Positions 11,207 to 24,238 of a DNA stretch of 64,000 nucleotides are shown here, in pieces; within the stretch, counting starts at the first letter, position 1; every line of letters starts with the position of its first letter. Origin of the DNA: Octopus sinensis (Eukaryota); the NCBI RefSeq assembly GCF_006345805.1, contig NC_043007.1, forward strand, positions 71,362,001 through 71,426,000. The letters are read 5' to 3'. The notes beneath the pieces are model-generated. The model saw only the letters and a list, made by a program, of their open reading frames with translations, did no database searches and had not been told where the DNA came from. The position numbers and the translations under genes were made by a program.

Positions 11207-12304
11207 TGCAGGCTTAGCTGGATGGGGGTGCTTGTCTCCCCCTTGTAAACATAAGGACACAGGAAATGTGTCAAGGCCAATAGGCAGCGTTGATGCTTCC
11301 TAGGGCTAAATAGCAGTGGTGTGATTCCCTTCATGAGACTGTCACATTAAGTTGACAGTATACATCGTACCACTACTGCTTATATATCTCTGAGATATTT
11401 AGAAATGTAATATTTCTATTTTTGAAATCATTTTACATTTTATATTTTGGCCTCTACTGACATTCATATACCACTGCTTTATTTATTTATTGTAACATCA
11501 CTGCTGTGTATATCTTGTACAAAGCAGAGATTTAAGAATAACAAAAAAAAAGGGTTTTTGTGCAAGTAGTGTTCATTGAGTAACAAGGGATTAGAGGAAT
11601 CATGAACAAAGAAGTCACAATGAATGAGACAGTTGTCCTTAATTTAAAAACAAATGATAGTCAAGCAGTTGTTTAGGTTGGAAAAATTGGAGTCAGAAAT
11701 TTAGAGGGCTGTGCAACTGGAGGTCTTTGTGGTTGATGTTCATCTAACTGAAAGACGTAGATGATGAAAAGAACGGATTCTTCCTCAATACTTTTGTCCT
11801 ATTTTATCCTTAAAAGTGTTAGTCTCTATTTCTCATGATGTACCAATAGCTCTTTTTTTCATATTCTCTAAAAAGTTCATACCAATGCAGATTATCACTG
11901 ACCATTCTAATATCACTCTACTGGTCCCTATATCATGCATCATCATCATTGTCCTCATCGTCGTCATCGTCGCTGCCACCACTACTGTTGTTGTCATGAT
12001 GATGATGATGATGTATTACACAAATGTTTCAATCTGCTGTGATTGCAGAATTTAAATCAGTGTAATTGACATTAAATATCTGTGACAGAACAACAAAGTT
12101 GTTGCTAAAGCAAGCAAACTGAAGTTTACTTTGTCAACATAATCACATTTTGTTTCACATGTCAAAGAGTATATGACACTCATACTCTCTATGTGGCACA
12201 CTGCTTTATATGGCACACCACTCAATACAACACATCACAACCAGCCATTATTTTCATTTATATTCTTCATTTCTTCTAACTGGAATATTTTTCTTTTCTT
12301 CTAG

Positions 12305-12388
12305 CAATCTTATACATCAAGTTTACCAAAGACATTGCTTTTAGCAGTGCATCAGCATGGCATTCACTTTCTAGAGCTGAAGTCCTTT
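12305..12388 (+). CDS. FERM-domain protein exon
   Basis: ttctag/gtaagt boundaries, 84 nt. Encodes QSYTSSLPKTLLLAVHQHGIHFLELKSF (FERM F3/PH-like lobe). Confidence 0.92.
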
Positions 12389-12476
12389 GTAAGTATAATG
12401 AAACTTGACAAGCTTTATTAACAAATCAGACTGGTTATTCCTTTTCTCCCCCAGACACTCTTATATCACATTTTAA

Positions 12477-12697
12477 CCCTTTTGTTACCAACCTGGCTGA
12501 AACCAGCTCTGGCTTTGTAGTACAAATGTCTTGTTTTTAAAAGTTCCGATTTAAAATCTTCCACCAAACCTTAGTCACAATTTATGTTCCTAACACTAGC
12601 TTAATTATAACTAAGTTATTTTACTAAATACTTTGTTATACTTAAAATATTTGAAAGAAACACAGAGCATCTCAAAATAAATACAGTAACGAAAGGG
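12477..12697. mobile_element. piggyBac-type MITE, 221 bp
   Basis: TTAA-CCCTTTTGTTAC ... GTAACGAAAGGG-TTAA. Confidence 0.9.
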
Positions 12698-13593
12698 TTA
12701 ATCTAAAATCCAAACATTTAGTGCAGTGTGAAGCAAGCAAAATTCATAACTTTACAGATTTTCCATGTTCTAAATCTATAGGCCATTCTATTGATACTTT
12801 ATTCTGCCTTTCAAACTTTCTGTGGTGAATATACAAACAATTGTATATTTAGGGCTGATTATATCAACTTTAGCTCCTCTTCTACAAAAATTAGCCTTTT
12901 GCTCAGTCAGAAGTAAGCAGGATTAACTCATTCTGTCATCTCTATGGTTATTCTTGACTCTACCATGTCAATAAAGGAAACTGCTATGCATCTGCTCAAC
13001 ATACTAGGAATAGCAGCCAAATCGCCCTCATATTATACCCTATCATGTAAAACATGAAAAACGTATGGAAGGGTATGTGAAATAAATGGATACAGGATTC
13101 CTAAAACCTAGGTAGTGTGGTCACAGCTGGAATGCCTTTGATCATGTGCCTGTTCAGTCTAGGTCATCCAGAGATTACATTGTTGAGTTTCAACTGACCA
13201 AATCCATGTCAGTGTAGAAATATTGACTGAAGTGTTGATTATATCACATCACTGTTATTTATGTTGTGACATCGTCATAATTGAGGTTTTTTAGAGAGAC
13301 AATGGAATTCTGAGTTCAATTTTCTCTCGTGTGTTTGAGGAAGGAAATAAAGAGTTGTTTCAATACTCAGCTTCTGAATAAAGACTCTAATTCCTTTATT
13401 CAGTTGGATTCAGATGTATGAAATGTAACAAAACATTCTTATTAAACTCATCTTTTCAGGAATTTATAATGTGAATATCTTATTGAGCTATGAAAGGTTT
13501 TACAACAACAAGGAGGCAATGATTGTTGAAAGATGATAATTTCATCTCATAAGTGGAATTTAATCATATATTTTAATACTCTAAAGTTCATTG

Positions 13594-14106
13594 TATATAT
13601 ATATAAAAGGCAGGATGTGTGTGTGTGTGTATGAATGTACTTTATGCATGTCCACAAATTAGCACGCATGTTGCTCCAATTTTAGGAGGACGTTGGTCAC
13701 AACCATGGCTGTGCTTTTGTCAACTTATTTTTCCCGAGGCACACACAGATAGCAGTGAAAATAGCTTTTTAGCCATAACTTTCACCAATTTTCACATCAG
13801 TGAAATCCATAAGTTTGCTAATATGAGTTAAGTCCCCTGTCTTATGGATTAATTCACCCTACTACAATGCCTCAAAAAAAATTAAATTTGGACTACCTAA
13901 GCAATCTCAGCATAGGAAAAGAGAAAGAGCTGAAGAGACTGACTATCAGCAGACCCATTAGTAAAATATTATAACTTTTTGGGCTGAAACCTGGCAATAA
14001 TTCCACTACAAAACATTCAATAATATCAAAGCAGTAACTTTCATAAATCAGGGTATGATTTTTGAAGACTCTTTCTGAACCCGGTCAACGACAGATATTT
14101 CTGCTA

Positions 14107-14107
<1 letters not shown>
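13594..14107 (+). mobile_element. Non-autonomous Helitron
   Basis: 5' tatatatatataaaaggcagg...(GT)n. 3' acccggtcaacgacagatatttctgCTAG-T followed by (TA)n. Confidence 0.7.
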
Positions 14108-14168
<61 letters not shown>

Positions 14169-14459
14169 TGTGTCATTCTCTTTTGTAGCCTTAAACAAGA
14201 CAAACTAATAAAACATCATATCTTGTGTACACTAAGATCTACTGTAGCAAATCTTCTGCTCATTTGACTTATGCAGTATTTAATATACCTATTGGCTCAT
14301 CATCTTCCATATTCATTTTTCTATTGTAATTTAAAAGTCCACACCTGAGAGATACTCATATCTGTTGAATCATTTAACAACATAGCTAAAAACTCAGCTA
14401 CATACCAAATATTTTATTGGTCAGTGTACTCAAGGGTGTGTGAGGTGTGCAGCAGACCA

Positions 14460-14970
14460 TACAGGGTGGAAGGGTGACTGGTGAGGTGGCTGAGTTCCTT
14501 TCAAGCATTGGGCTTCAGAGAGGCAAAGTGACTGAGCTCCTGGGCCTCATGGAGGTAAAGTGGATTAGTTCCTTTCAAGTGTTGGGCCTCATGGAGGTGA
14601 GGTGACTGAGTTCCTTTTGAGCATTGGACCTCATGAAGGCAAAGTGGCTGAGCTCCTTTTGAGCACTGGGCCTCATGGAGGCAATGACCAAGACCTTTGG
14701 CATTATGTTGTGCTTGAGAAGAAAACCCATTAAGCTGAACAAAATTGCAGTCATGGCAGATACTGGTGTCATGCAAATGGCACCCAGTACCGGTGGCCTG
14801 TAAAAGCACCCATTACACTCTTGGAGTGGTTAGTGTTAGGAAGGGCATCCAGCCATAGACTAGATCCTGGATCAGACTGGATCCTGGTGCAGCCTTCCAG
14901 CATGCCAGCCCAGTCAAACCACCCAACCCATGCCAGCATGGACAACAGACGTTAAATGATGATGATGATG
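14460..14970 (+). mobile_element. RTE-tailed SINE with an internal ~40-bp tandem array
   Basis: About five units of tgggcctcatggagg...gtgactgagttccttt at 14490-14700. 3' end ggacaacagacgttaaatgatgatgatg. Confidence 0.75.
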
Positions 14971-15866
14971 TTTACTATAGTTGAAGATTATATTATATTT
15001 AAACAAGGGGTAGACCAATTTGGCTACTACACAAGATGGCCCAAATGTATGCTACAGCACTGACGAATTTTACTTGGCGTCAGCATACCTAGTGGGAAGA
15101 ATTAGATATGAGACTTTTCTGCCATTTTAGCTGAGCTTTTTGAACAATTTTAGCTTTACCATTTCTCTATTTAGAGAAAATTTTGTTGAAAAAGAAATGG
15201 ATTTTAAATCAAAATAATTTAACTACTCCATGTTGTCCCAATTTCACAAGATTACAGTCTGGAATGTGTATCTCATTTAAAAAAATTCTCTGTAAGATAC
15301 TGAACAAATTTAGTTTCTCATATTCACCTCTTGAAACCTAATTCTAATAATTTTCTGGCAATTAGAAGGGAAATGTCATGATTCTAATACCATTCTTTGA
15401 TAGACTTACCAATAATTGTTCATCAATTAAATCTAACAACAATGTCCTTAATAACTGCCATTATTGTTCAGCTAAATCATAACCAGATCTATGTTAAGGA
15501 TCATGGAACTAAAGGAAAGCAATTTTTGACATATTTAGCCTTTTCCTGATTTGAAAAAACATCATCATTTAACATCCCTTTTCCATGCTTTCATGGGCTG
15601 GACTGTTTGACAAGCACTAACAAACTAAACTGAGGGGCTGTGGCAAGCTCTGTTGTCTCTTTAGCATGGTTTCTACAACTACTGGATTACAAGTTACTAA
15701 TTAGATCTATGTTAATTCTCTTACTTAGTATAGCTTGCTACAAAATACTAGCAAATACTAATTAAACTTTCTTAGGCTATTTGTAAAGGGTTATTAGAAC
15801 TATCTATAGCTGTTTGATCTCTATTTAAACACTCATATTGTTAGAGATCTGTATACTTTACTTTTT

Positions 15867-16270
15867 TACTCGTTTCAGTCATTTGACTGTGGCCATGCTA
15901 GAGCACTGCCTTTTAGTTGAGCAAATCGACCCCACGACTTATTCTTTGGAAGCCTATTACTTATTCTATCGGTCTCTTTTGCTGAACCGCTAAGTTACGG
16001 GGACATAAGCACAGACATCTGTTGTCAAGCGAGTTGGGGGGTACAAACACAGACACACAAACATATGCACGCACATACATATATATATATATACACATAT
16101 ATATGACGGGATTCTTTCAGTTTCCGTCTACCAAATCCACTCACGAGGCTTTGGTTGGCCCAAGGCTATAGTAAAAGACACTTGCTCAAGGGGCCATGCA
16201 GTGGGACTGAACCCGGAACCATGTGGTTGGTTAGCAAGCTACTTGCCACACAGCCACTGCTGCACCTCTA
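15867..16270 (-). mobile_element. Full-length tRNA-derived SINE (family A)
   Basis: Colinear with 2835-3230. Confidence 0.85.
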
Positions 16271-16489
16271 CATAGTTTTGAGGATCAAAACATCCATAAA
16301 TCTAAATTTTACATATCAGTCATATAATTCACAAATTAAACTAGTTGATACAGGGTTGATACATGACTTTGTTATACTTTAGTCAGAGCTATCTATATAT
16401 ACTTATATATATTTGCTGGGATTTGCTTAACTTATGGACACAGTCTAGAAATTCCTCCTCATAAAACTTATATCAATTTTTCATTGCAG

Positions 16490-16609
16490 AAAGTCATCTC
16501 TTCATTTTCATACTCAGAAGTTGCTCATTCCAGTCCTTCTTTGACCAGTATAATGATTGTTATTGGTCATGTTGCCAAAGGATCCAAATATATGTTTAAT
16601 ACCAATCAG
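16490..16609 (+). CDS. FERM-domain protein exon
   Basis: ttgcag/gtaaaa boundaries, 120 nt. Encodes KVISSFSYSEVAHSSPSLTSIMIVIGHVAKGSKYMFNTNQ. Confidence 0.9.
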
Positions 16610-16832
16610 GTAAAACTGAACTTTGATCTCCTTGTTATTCTTTTTTAAAATTCTTTTATTGGTTTTTCTGTCATTGGACATTGTACAAGCTAATTTGTAG
16701 TAAATATTCTTTATTTACTTTATGTTGTATATTTGAGGCTTCATTCTACCTGCTTTCTTAATTCACAGACACCTGTTGAGTTGGTGTGCACTCATCAGTG
16801 ATTAAATATCGCATTTAGGTCAACTATAATTT

Positions 16833-17030
16833 AAGACGGCGAGCTGGCAGAAACGTTAGGATGCCTGGCAAAATGCCTAGTGGTATTTTGTCTGTCTTTA
16901 CGTTCTGAGTTCAAATTCCGCTGAGGTCGACTTTGCCTTTCATCCTTTCAGGATGATCTAATCTGGGATCGATCTAATCGACTGACCCCCGCCCCAAAAA
17001 TTTCAGGCCTTGTGCCTAGAGTAGAAAAGG
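16833..17030 (+). mobile_element. SINE family B
   Basis: Head gacggcgagctggcagaaacgttag; central ccgctgaggtcgactttgcctttcatccttt. Confidence 0.8.
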
Positions 17031-17829
17031 TCAACTATAATTTTACTGCCTTGCTTCATGTGCAGCTCTCTGCTATAACTTCTGTTGTTCAATGGAAAAA
17101 TCAATTGGCATTACACAATGTATACACACACATGCATACATACACATACAAACATGCATGCACATACATACACACACACACCCACATACATTTCATTAAC
17201 ATAAATTGATTATTAGTTATATAATCAAAACATATTGTTAAATCGTCAGAGATGTGTAACTTTTATATCACGCTATTGAACTGGAAGGATGTTGACAGAA
17301 TTAACCATTGTGATGGTGAGTGACTGTTGCACAGTTTAAGGCTAAGGTTGCTTTGGATGAAATATATATACATGTGTGTGTATATATATTTATTTGTGTA
17401 TGTATCTAAAATTGGCATATTGTTAAGGTAAAAAAACACTGGTTGTATGGAGACAAGAAGAGTTATGGACTCCTGATCCTGCCTCAGTAGGCATCACCAG
17501 CACAGCAGTTACTCACCCTTAGTTGCATAAAAATTCATCACTTAGACAATACAGCAGAAAAAGCAGAACACATCAATGGCTCCAGTAATTAGTATAAATA
17601 AAAGTAAAATGAGCTGAGAGAAATAACTCAGAGTAGCCAATGGCAGTTTCAGTAAGCTGGGAATTTATCTTGTGTGATATTTAATGTGCCTTTATTTGTC
17701 TTTTGTGATTAAATCTACCGAGCAGCTACCTTGGAATGGTGCATTTTTTTTAACCCTGAAAAGATCAATGCTGACTTGATAGGACTTGAATTCAGGGCAC
17801 AGAGTCAGAGCAAATAATGTGCCTACAAG

Positions 17830-18040
17830 AACCTTCATCATCACCATCATCAACATATAACATCCATCTTCCATACTTGCATAGATTGGATTGTTTGACA
17901 GGAGCTGGTGAGGTAGAGGAGTGCACCAAGTTCCAGTGTCAGCTTTGGTATGGTTTCTATGGTTGGGTGCCCTTCCTAAACCCAACCACTTTACAGAGTA
18001 CAATGGGTCCTTTTTATATGGCACCAGCAGCAAGACCCTT
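17830..18040 (-). mobile_element. RTE-tailed SINE remnant
   Basis: catcatcaccatcatc tail and ggttgggtgcccttcctaaacccaaccac core. Confidence 0.55.
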
Positions 18041-18241
18041 CAACATTATATACATATATTCATACACACATACACATACACATACACCCAAACACTCAAT
18101 CACACATATATATCATATGCACATGTATTGTATTTTTCTATTAATATATGTCTTTAAAAATTGTTTTTCTTGAATACTTCAATCTTAACTATTCTCAGCT
18201 GCTTTCATTTCCCATGTCTTCTTGTTTCTGTTTTTCTGTAG

Positions 18242-18388
18242 GCAACTCAAATTTCTCAGTTGATCAAGGATTATGTTGAAGAATTACGTTATCGCTCTGT
18301 CTCAATGCAAGCCAGTTGCCATAACCCAGACATTAGCAGTGGTGCAGATGTAAGAGAGTCAAGCAGGAATTACCACGATACAGGCTAG
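18242..18388 (+). CDS. FERM-domain protein terminal coding exon
   Basis: ctgtag acceptor. Encodes ATQISQLIKDYVEELRYRSVSMQASCHNPDISSGADVRESSRNYHDTG then TAG. The ISQLIKDY segment matches the closing helix of FERM F3. Confidence 0.85.
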   Translation, partial: ATQISQLIKDYVEELRYRSVSMQASCHNPDISSGADVRESSRNYHDTG

Positions 18389-18940
18389 CTAGCATTTTAC
18401 ACCATAAAGCTTGTTCGTGTAGGATCTACAGTAAAACAAACTCTAAAATACACAAGTCACAACTGAATTCCAACAAAGCAAAGTGCTTGGACAATGAATC
18501 CAATAATTCAGCTGAGCTGTGCTGCTCCTAACTTATACCGATTCCATCTTCTTTCAGTTTTCTATTCCCCCATCCAATGACTGTGACCCTGTGAAGATGA
18601 TATGGGGGAATCTGTTGCAACTGTTTTATAATAGTGGTGCATTCAAAGCTACTGAGCTTTTGTCGAGGACATTGTCTTCATTCCCTAGCCGTTAACTATT
18701 TGGGAACAAATACAGTTTGTTTTGTTTTCTTTTTTCTTTGTTTTTTTTTGCCCCCTCCTCCCAGTAAATGAAACTTGCAGAGAGTTATTCATTTCTTCAA
18801 GCTCTCTCTGAGTTACAGTTTTATTGTACTTATATATATGTATATACAGTCACATATATATCTTTGTATGTATGTATGTATGTATGTATGTATATATAAA
18901 TATATATATATATAATAAACATATATATATGTATATGTAT

Positions 18941-18989
<49 letters not shown>

Positions 18990-19594
18990 CATGCATATAT
19001 ATATGTACATATATATATATGCATGTATATATATGTGTATATATATATGTGTGTGTGTGTGTATATATATATATGTGTGTGTATATATATATATATACAC
19101 ACACACACATATATATAAGAAAGTAAAGGTGTGATTTAAATGCTGAAATATGTTAAAAATTAGTGCTTTATTAATTTTTAATTGCTTCTGTTAATCAAAA
19201 GCTATATCTTTATATTCTGTCAAATGAGCATTAAAAATTCTTTTTTTTTTCCCTCCTTCTGTAAAAATGCAGCCTGTATTGAATCCTACATTTAAAAAAA
19301 AAATATATTTGTTTCATTTATTTTGATTTTTATTCAATGTAAGCTTCTGTATTTTGTTACTTTCTTCATTTGTTCAGCTTTTCTTGTCATGTAGTTTTTT
19401 TTTTGTCTGTTTCTGGTTATTGTTTTGTTTTTAACCCCCCAATTCAGATCAATTGATAGTTTGAGCATGAAGAACAGGGTATAACACAACAGAAAAATAT
19501 GTAGAGACATTTTCTTTCATAATCTGCCTGACTTTGACCATCATAAAATTTTTTCATCAATTACATTACTGGACTATATATATATGTATGTATG

Positions 19595-19644
<50 letters not shown>

Positions 19645-19699
19645 GTATATATATATATATATATACATATATATATACATATATATATACATATATGTA

Positions 19700-19732
<33 letters not shown>

Positions 19733-19779
19733 ATATACACACATATATATATATATATGTATGTATATATATATGTATG

Positions 19780-19810
<31 letters not shown>

Positions 19811-19824
19811 ATATATATAAATAC

Positions 19825-19877
<53 letters not shown>

Positions 19878-21215
19878 TGTGCTCTGAAGAAGTTTCAGCC
19901 CTAAAAATTAAGACCCCTGATAACAGTTTTCTAGTTTATTGAAAGAAGTCATGCATGATCCTTATTCTGAATGCTTGGTTCATGAGAACATTTTTTTTTC
20001 TCTCCTGAAAAATAAAGTGAATTCTTTGAGAATGCCTGGTTTAAACAAGTTTAACTCTTCGACATTGATGCATGTGGACACAGATTCAAATGGTTTTCTT
20101 TTGAGTTTCTTTTCATTTTCTATTTAAAAATAAGAGTTTTTTTATTTATTTTGGGATCACACATATGTATTATGGTTATGTCTGCTCAGACTCAAGTGAA
20201 AATGTTTATTGTTAAATGAGAGTGTGTTTATATGTGTTTCTAAAAGTTCTTTTGTAGCAACCATGTATAAGATCATTATGTATGTTTGTGCGTATAAGTA
20301 CTGAAGTTGATAGCATTGTGTGTGTGTATGTTTGTGCGTGTGTGTGTGTGCATGCCTGTGTGTGTATATGTTTGTTGGGGTTGGTTTTATGTATGTATAC
20401 ATGTGTTGTTATGTAGCAGTAAGTTGGTAATTTAAATTTTACTTTGGGGGTTTTTGTTACATTCTAAGCTTTACTTTTTAATCAGCTTTTTTTTGTAATA
20501 CAGTGCTTTCACACCAGTATCACATAACTCTCTCTCAGTACTACTGCATGCACACACACGAAGGCATACACACATGCACACACACATACACACACACACA
20601 CATACATACATACACACATGCATACATACACTCAAACACTCACTCACACACAACACACATGCTCACTCACACAAGACACACACACTCACTCACACACAAC
20701 ACACACACACACACATGGATCTCTGCCAGAAATACACTTAAACCCAAACTGATATAATCTATGATGTTTATTTTTTTTCTTCTTAATTTTAATTTTGTAT
20801 AAATTGTTTTAATTGTTTTCTTTATTTTTGACTCTTACTATTTTATGATTTCTTTAAAAAAAAAATATATATCTTGAAATAAAAGGTATCATGGATTATA
20901 TTAGTAAGTATAGGTGCTCTTAGAACTGTGTTGCAACTCTTCCATGCTGCTAGTTGCAAAACCAGTGAACAAAAAGAAAAAAAGAAGAAAGAAAAATTTT
21001 TAAACTTATTTGGGAAAAAAAAAGGAGTATTTTCAGAGGTATATCTTGTTTTTAGACTGTTCCAACCTCAATATGTACAAAGTTAGTCCTTTCTCAACTT
21101 TCTTTGTTTTCTCTATGGGCAGTGCTCAACTCTGGTTTCCCTAGTCTTAAGCAGATTTGATACAAATCTTCTATTGGATACGAATCTGTTCCATAGCATG
21201 TAACTTTCCAATAAA
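18389..21215 (+). promoter_or_regulatory. Probable long 3' UTR of the FERM gene with candidate poly(A) signals
   Basis: T/U-rich, nearly TE-free stretch after the stop codon with (TA)n/(CA)n tracts. AATAAA at 20878-20883 and 21210-21215. The true 3' end cannot be determined from sequence. Confidence 0.4.
18830..19875. repeat. Compound (TA)n/(TATG)n/(TG)n microsatellites at 18830-19110 and 19575-19875
   Basis: Directly visible. They are the source of spurious YI-rich ORFs. Confidence 0.95.
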
Positions 21216-21918
21216 AAAAAAATCTCTGGTGCCTATACTCCACAACTTGAATAACAGAGGCAAAGTAGGATGAAACATCCTATCCAGTAACACAACGAAA
21301 CACCAGCAGTGGGTTTGAACTCCTGAACCCTAAGCCGACTGTCCAATACTGTATATTTATTCAACCATATCATTTCTATATCTGACATGGTTGACTTATG
21401 CTTTGTTCTATGATAGATTTGTCTCTTATCTGCTTAATTCTACAGAAACTGCCATGAAGTGAAGGCTTTATAAACCCATGCAGTTTGTGAAAGGATTCAC
21501 TTAAATTAATATGTATATGTAATATTTAATATTAACTTGTTTCCAATCAGTTGATTAAACTCATTATAAACTTCTGCAATCTACAAACCAATTTTTAATT
21601 ATAATTTTCATAAAATTACTTACTGTGTCTGAAAATTCAGACACATTTGGTGAGTGATTAATTGAATGTTTCATTCAACATTCTGCAGATCAAAATAAGG
21701 TGAAGGAATGTATTCTAAGAGAATAGAAGATGAAAATGTAACAATGGCAACATCACAGCTGGTGTTGATGAGTTTCCTCTTTCTTCAATCAATAATATAT
21801 ACTTGTATTTATGTATATACATACATGCATACATAAATACGTGTGTGTGTGTGTGGGTGTGGTGTGTATTTGTATGCATGCATGTGTGCGTGTGTATACA
21901 TGTATGTGTGTATATATA

Positions 21919-21950
<32 letters not shown>

Positions 21951-22023
21951 GTATAAATTTCTGAATGTATGGATATATGTACATGTATACCTGTATGAAA
22001 GTATATATATATATATGTGTGTG

Positions 22024-22072
<49 letters not shown>

Positions 22073-22115
22073 GCACACATACACACACTCACACACACAC
22101 ATATATATATATATA

Positions 22116-23332
22116 TCAGGTCATTAAGAATGAAATGTCTGATTTTGAACTGAAAGTTTATTTTACTCTATCTCAACAAAAAGCAATGCACTTAATCAAA
22201 GTATGCCTCTAAATTATCAACACAGTTTTGCCATTTTACCAGTAGCTTATGTATGCTGGCAGTGAAGAATTCTGGAGTGCAAGAGGTGATGAACTCATGA
22301 AAGGTTGTTTTTATATCTTCTTCAGATTTGAAGTTTTTCCTTGCAAAAAGTTGTCTTTTGCCTGGAAAACATGACAGTCGGTGCAAGGTCTGGTGAATAT
22401 GCTGGATGACAGAGTACTTCCAAGTTCAGTTCCTGTAACTTGAGTAGCGTTCTTTGTGCAACATGTGGTTGCACATTACCTTACAAGAGAATTGGCCTGT
22501 CTTTATTGACTAATCTCGGTTGTTTAGTTGTGAGTTCACTCATCATTTCATCCAATTGGTTGATGTATACATCCACTGTAATTGACTTGCCAGGTCTCTT
22601 GAAGCTGTAGTGGATGACACCAGCATTGAACCACCAAACACCATTAGCTTTTTTTGGTGAATATTCTTTTTTGGATCGTGTTTTGGCACTTCATCTCTAT
22701 CTAACCACTGTACAGAATGTTTGCTATTGTTGAAAAGAATCCATTTTGTCTACGATGCAAAAATGGTTTGCTTTTATGCTGTGAAGGCAAACAACAGCAA
22801 GTTTCAAGATGACCTATCACTTGATACTTGTTCACTTCATGTGGTACTCACTTGTCCAGCTTCTTTACCTTGCCAATTTGTTTCAGATGGTCCAATACAG
22901 TTAGAATCAAAACATCAATCCTTGCTGCTAACTCATGCATAGTTTGAGATGTACCTGCTTCCACTACAGTTTCCAGCTCATCAACTGATTTTCAAGAGTA
23001 AAGTTATCAAACCGGAACTTCTCAAACCATTGACATACAATGCACTCATTCGCCACATCTTCACCAAACACCTCATAGATGGTTCTGGCTATCTGTGATG
23101 CATTGGTTCCACGATGGAACTCATATTCATAAACAACACAAATTTTTGATCTATTGATGGTTTCACAAAAATTGATTTACAAGAGAAAACTCACAATATA
23201 ATCAGACACCATGAATGGCATTTTGTAAAGTGATGATGTAAAACAAAGAATTGTCAGGATAAAAACATTAGAGTTAATGATTGTCAAATTTGGTGCTTAA
23301 GAAAATCAGACATTTCATTCTTAATGACCTGA
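22116..23332 (-). mobile_element. Mariner (DD34D) transposon with decayed transposase
   Basis: Perfect 31-bp TIRs TCAGGTCATTAAGAATGAAATGTCTGATTTT flanked by TA. YSPDLAP motif and C-terminus ...KLLVKWQNCVDNLEAYFD on the - strand, with frameshifts. Confidence 0.93.
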
Positions 23333-23559
23333 TATATATGTGTGTGTATGTGAATACATATTTATATATATATGTATATATTCATGTGTATGTATGTACG
23401 CATGTATGTGTTTGTGTGTGAATATATATATGTGTGTGTGTGTGTGTATTCATGCGTGTGTGTGTATTAAATTTTTTTGGATTAAATTTGACAGTTTGCT
23501 GAAAATGTAAAGAAAACACAATATTGCATCCAAGAATGAAAATATTAAAAAAAAAGAAA

Positions 23560-23965
23560 AAATATCAGCTAAATAAGGGCTTGGAGATAACAGTTTACTC
23601 AAAGTAGCTGTCCTCATCTTCCACTATAGCCTCAAGACGGCTCCAGAACCTGGCATGAGTTTTCCCAAAGTGTCCCTGGGAAGGTCTTTGAATACCTCTT
23701 TGATGTTGGCCACCAACTCAGCCTTGGTGTTGCAGACAGAGTGGCTGGTGTCTCTCTCAACTACACTTCACATGTAGTAAATCCATGGGATTACAATCAG
23801 TGGAATTAGAATGACAGGAATTGGGGCTGGTGAAGTCATAGAAATTCTCCAACAACCACTTCTAACTCTTTCTGAAGGTCTGGCAAGGAGCTGAATCCTG
23901 TTATCACACATGTAGCCTTCCAGGCCAGGGTTTCATCACAGTCTCCAGAAGCTTCACAAAGCCAT
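23560..23965 (-). mobile_element. Tc1/mariner (maT-like) transposase fragment
   Basis: Decayed S.DCNPMD motif near 23780-23810. Confidence 0.5.
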
Positions 23966-23967
23966 CT

Positions 23968-24179
23968 GATTGATAAAGCCGTGGGAAATCGTTTTTCTTT
24001 GGAATAGAAAAAAGTCTATCTTTATTTCTTATTTTGCTGGTGTCTCAAATTTAGTTTAAATCAGTGTTTTTCAAAGGGGAGGCCTATGGGATGGTCAGAC
24101 AAGTTATTTTGAGAAAATTTGGTTTAAATATTTGACAACTCAGCACCATCCATTGGACGAGGGGGGGGACGTTTTGCTC

Positions 24180-24180
<1 letters not shown>
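23968..24180 (+). mobile_element. 3' fragment of the non-autonomous Helitron family seen at 30652-31257
   Basis: Aligns with 30820-30934 plus 31162-31257 and lacks the insertion present there. Confidence 0.75.
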
Positions 24181-24223
<43 letters not shown>

Positions 24224-24238
24224 GTATGTATGTATATA

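Noticed and set aside
13461-13497. AG...GT-bounded segments in FERM introns (also ~9210-9278) as extra exons
   Set aside because: They contain in-frame stops in the required phase, and the neighbouring exons already join into a continuous FERM sequence.
18830-22212. Many ORFs rich in YI/HT/CV repeats, here and at 41292-41849, 47126-47724, 53857-55417 and 56330-57959
   Set aside because: These are translations of (TA)n, (CA)n, (ATCT)n and trinucleotide microsatellites, with no coding signal.
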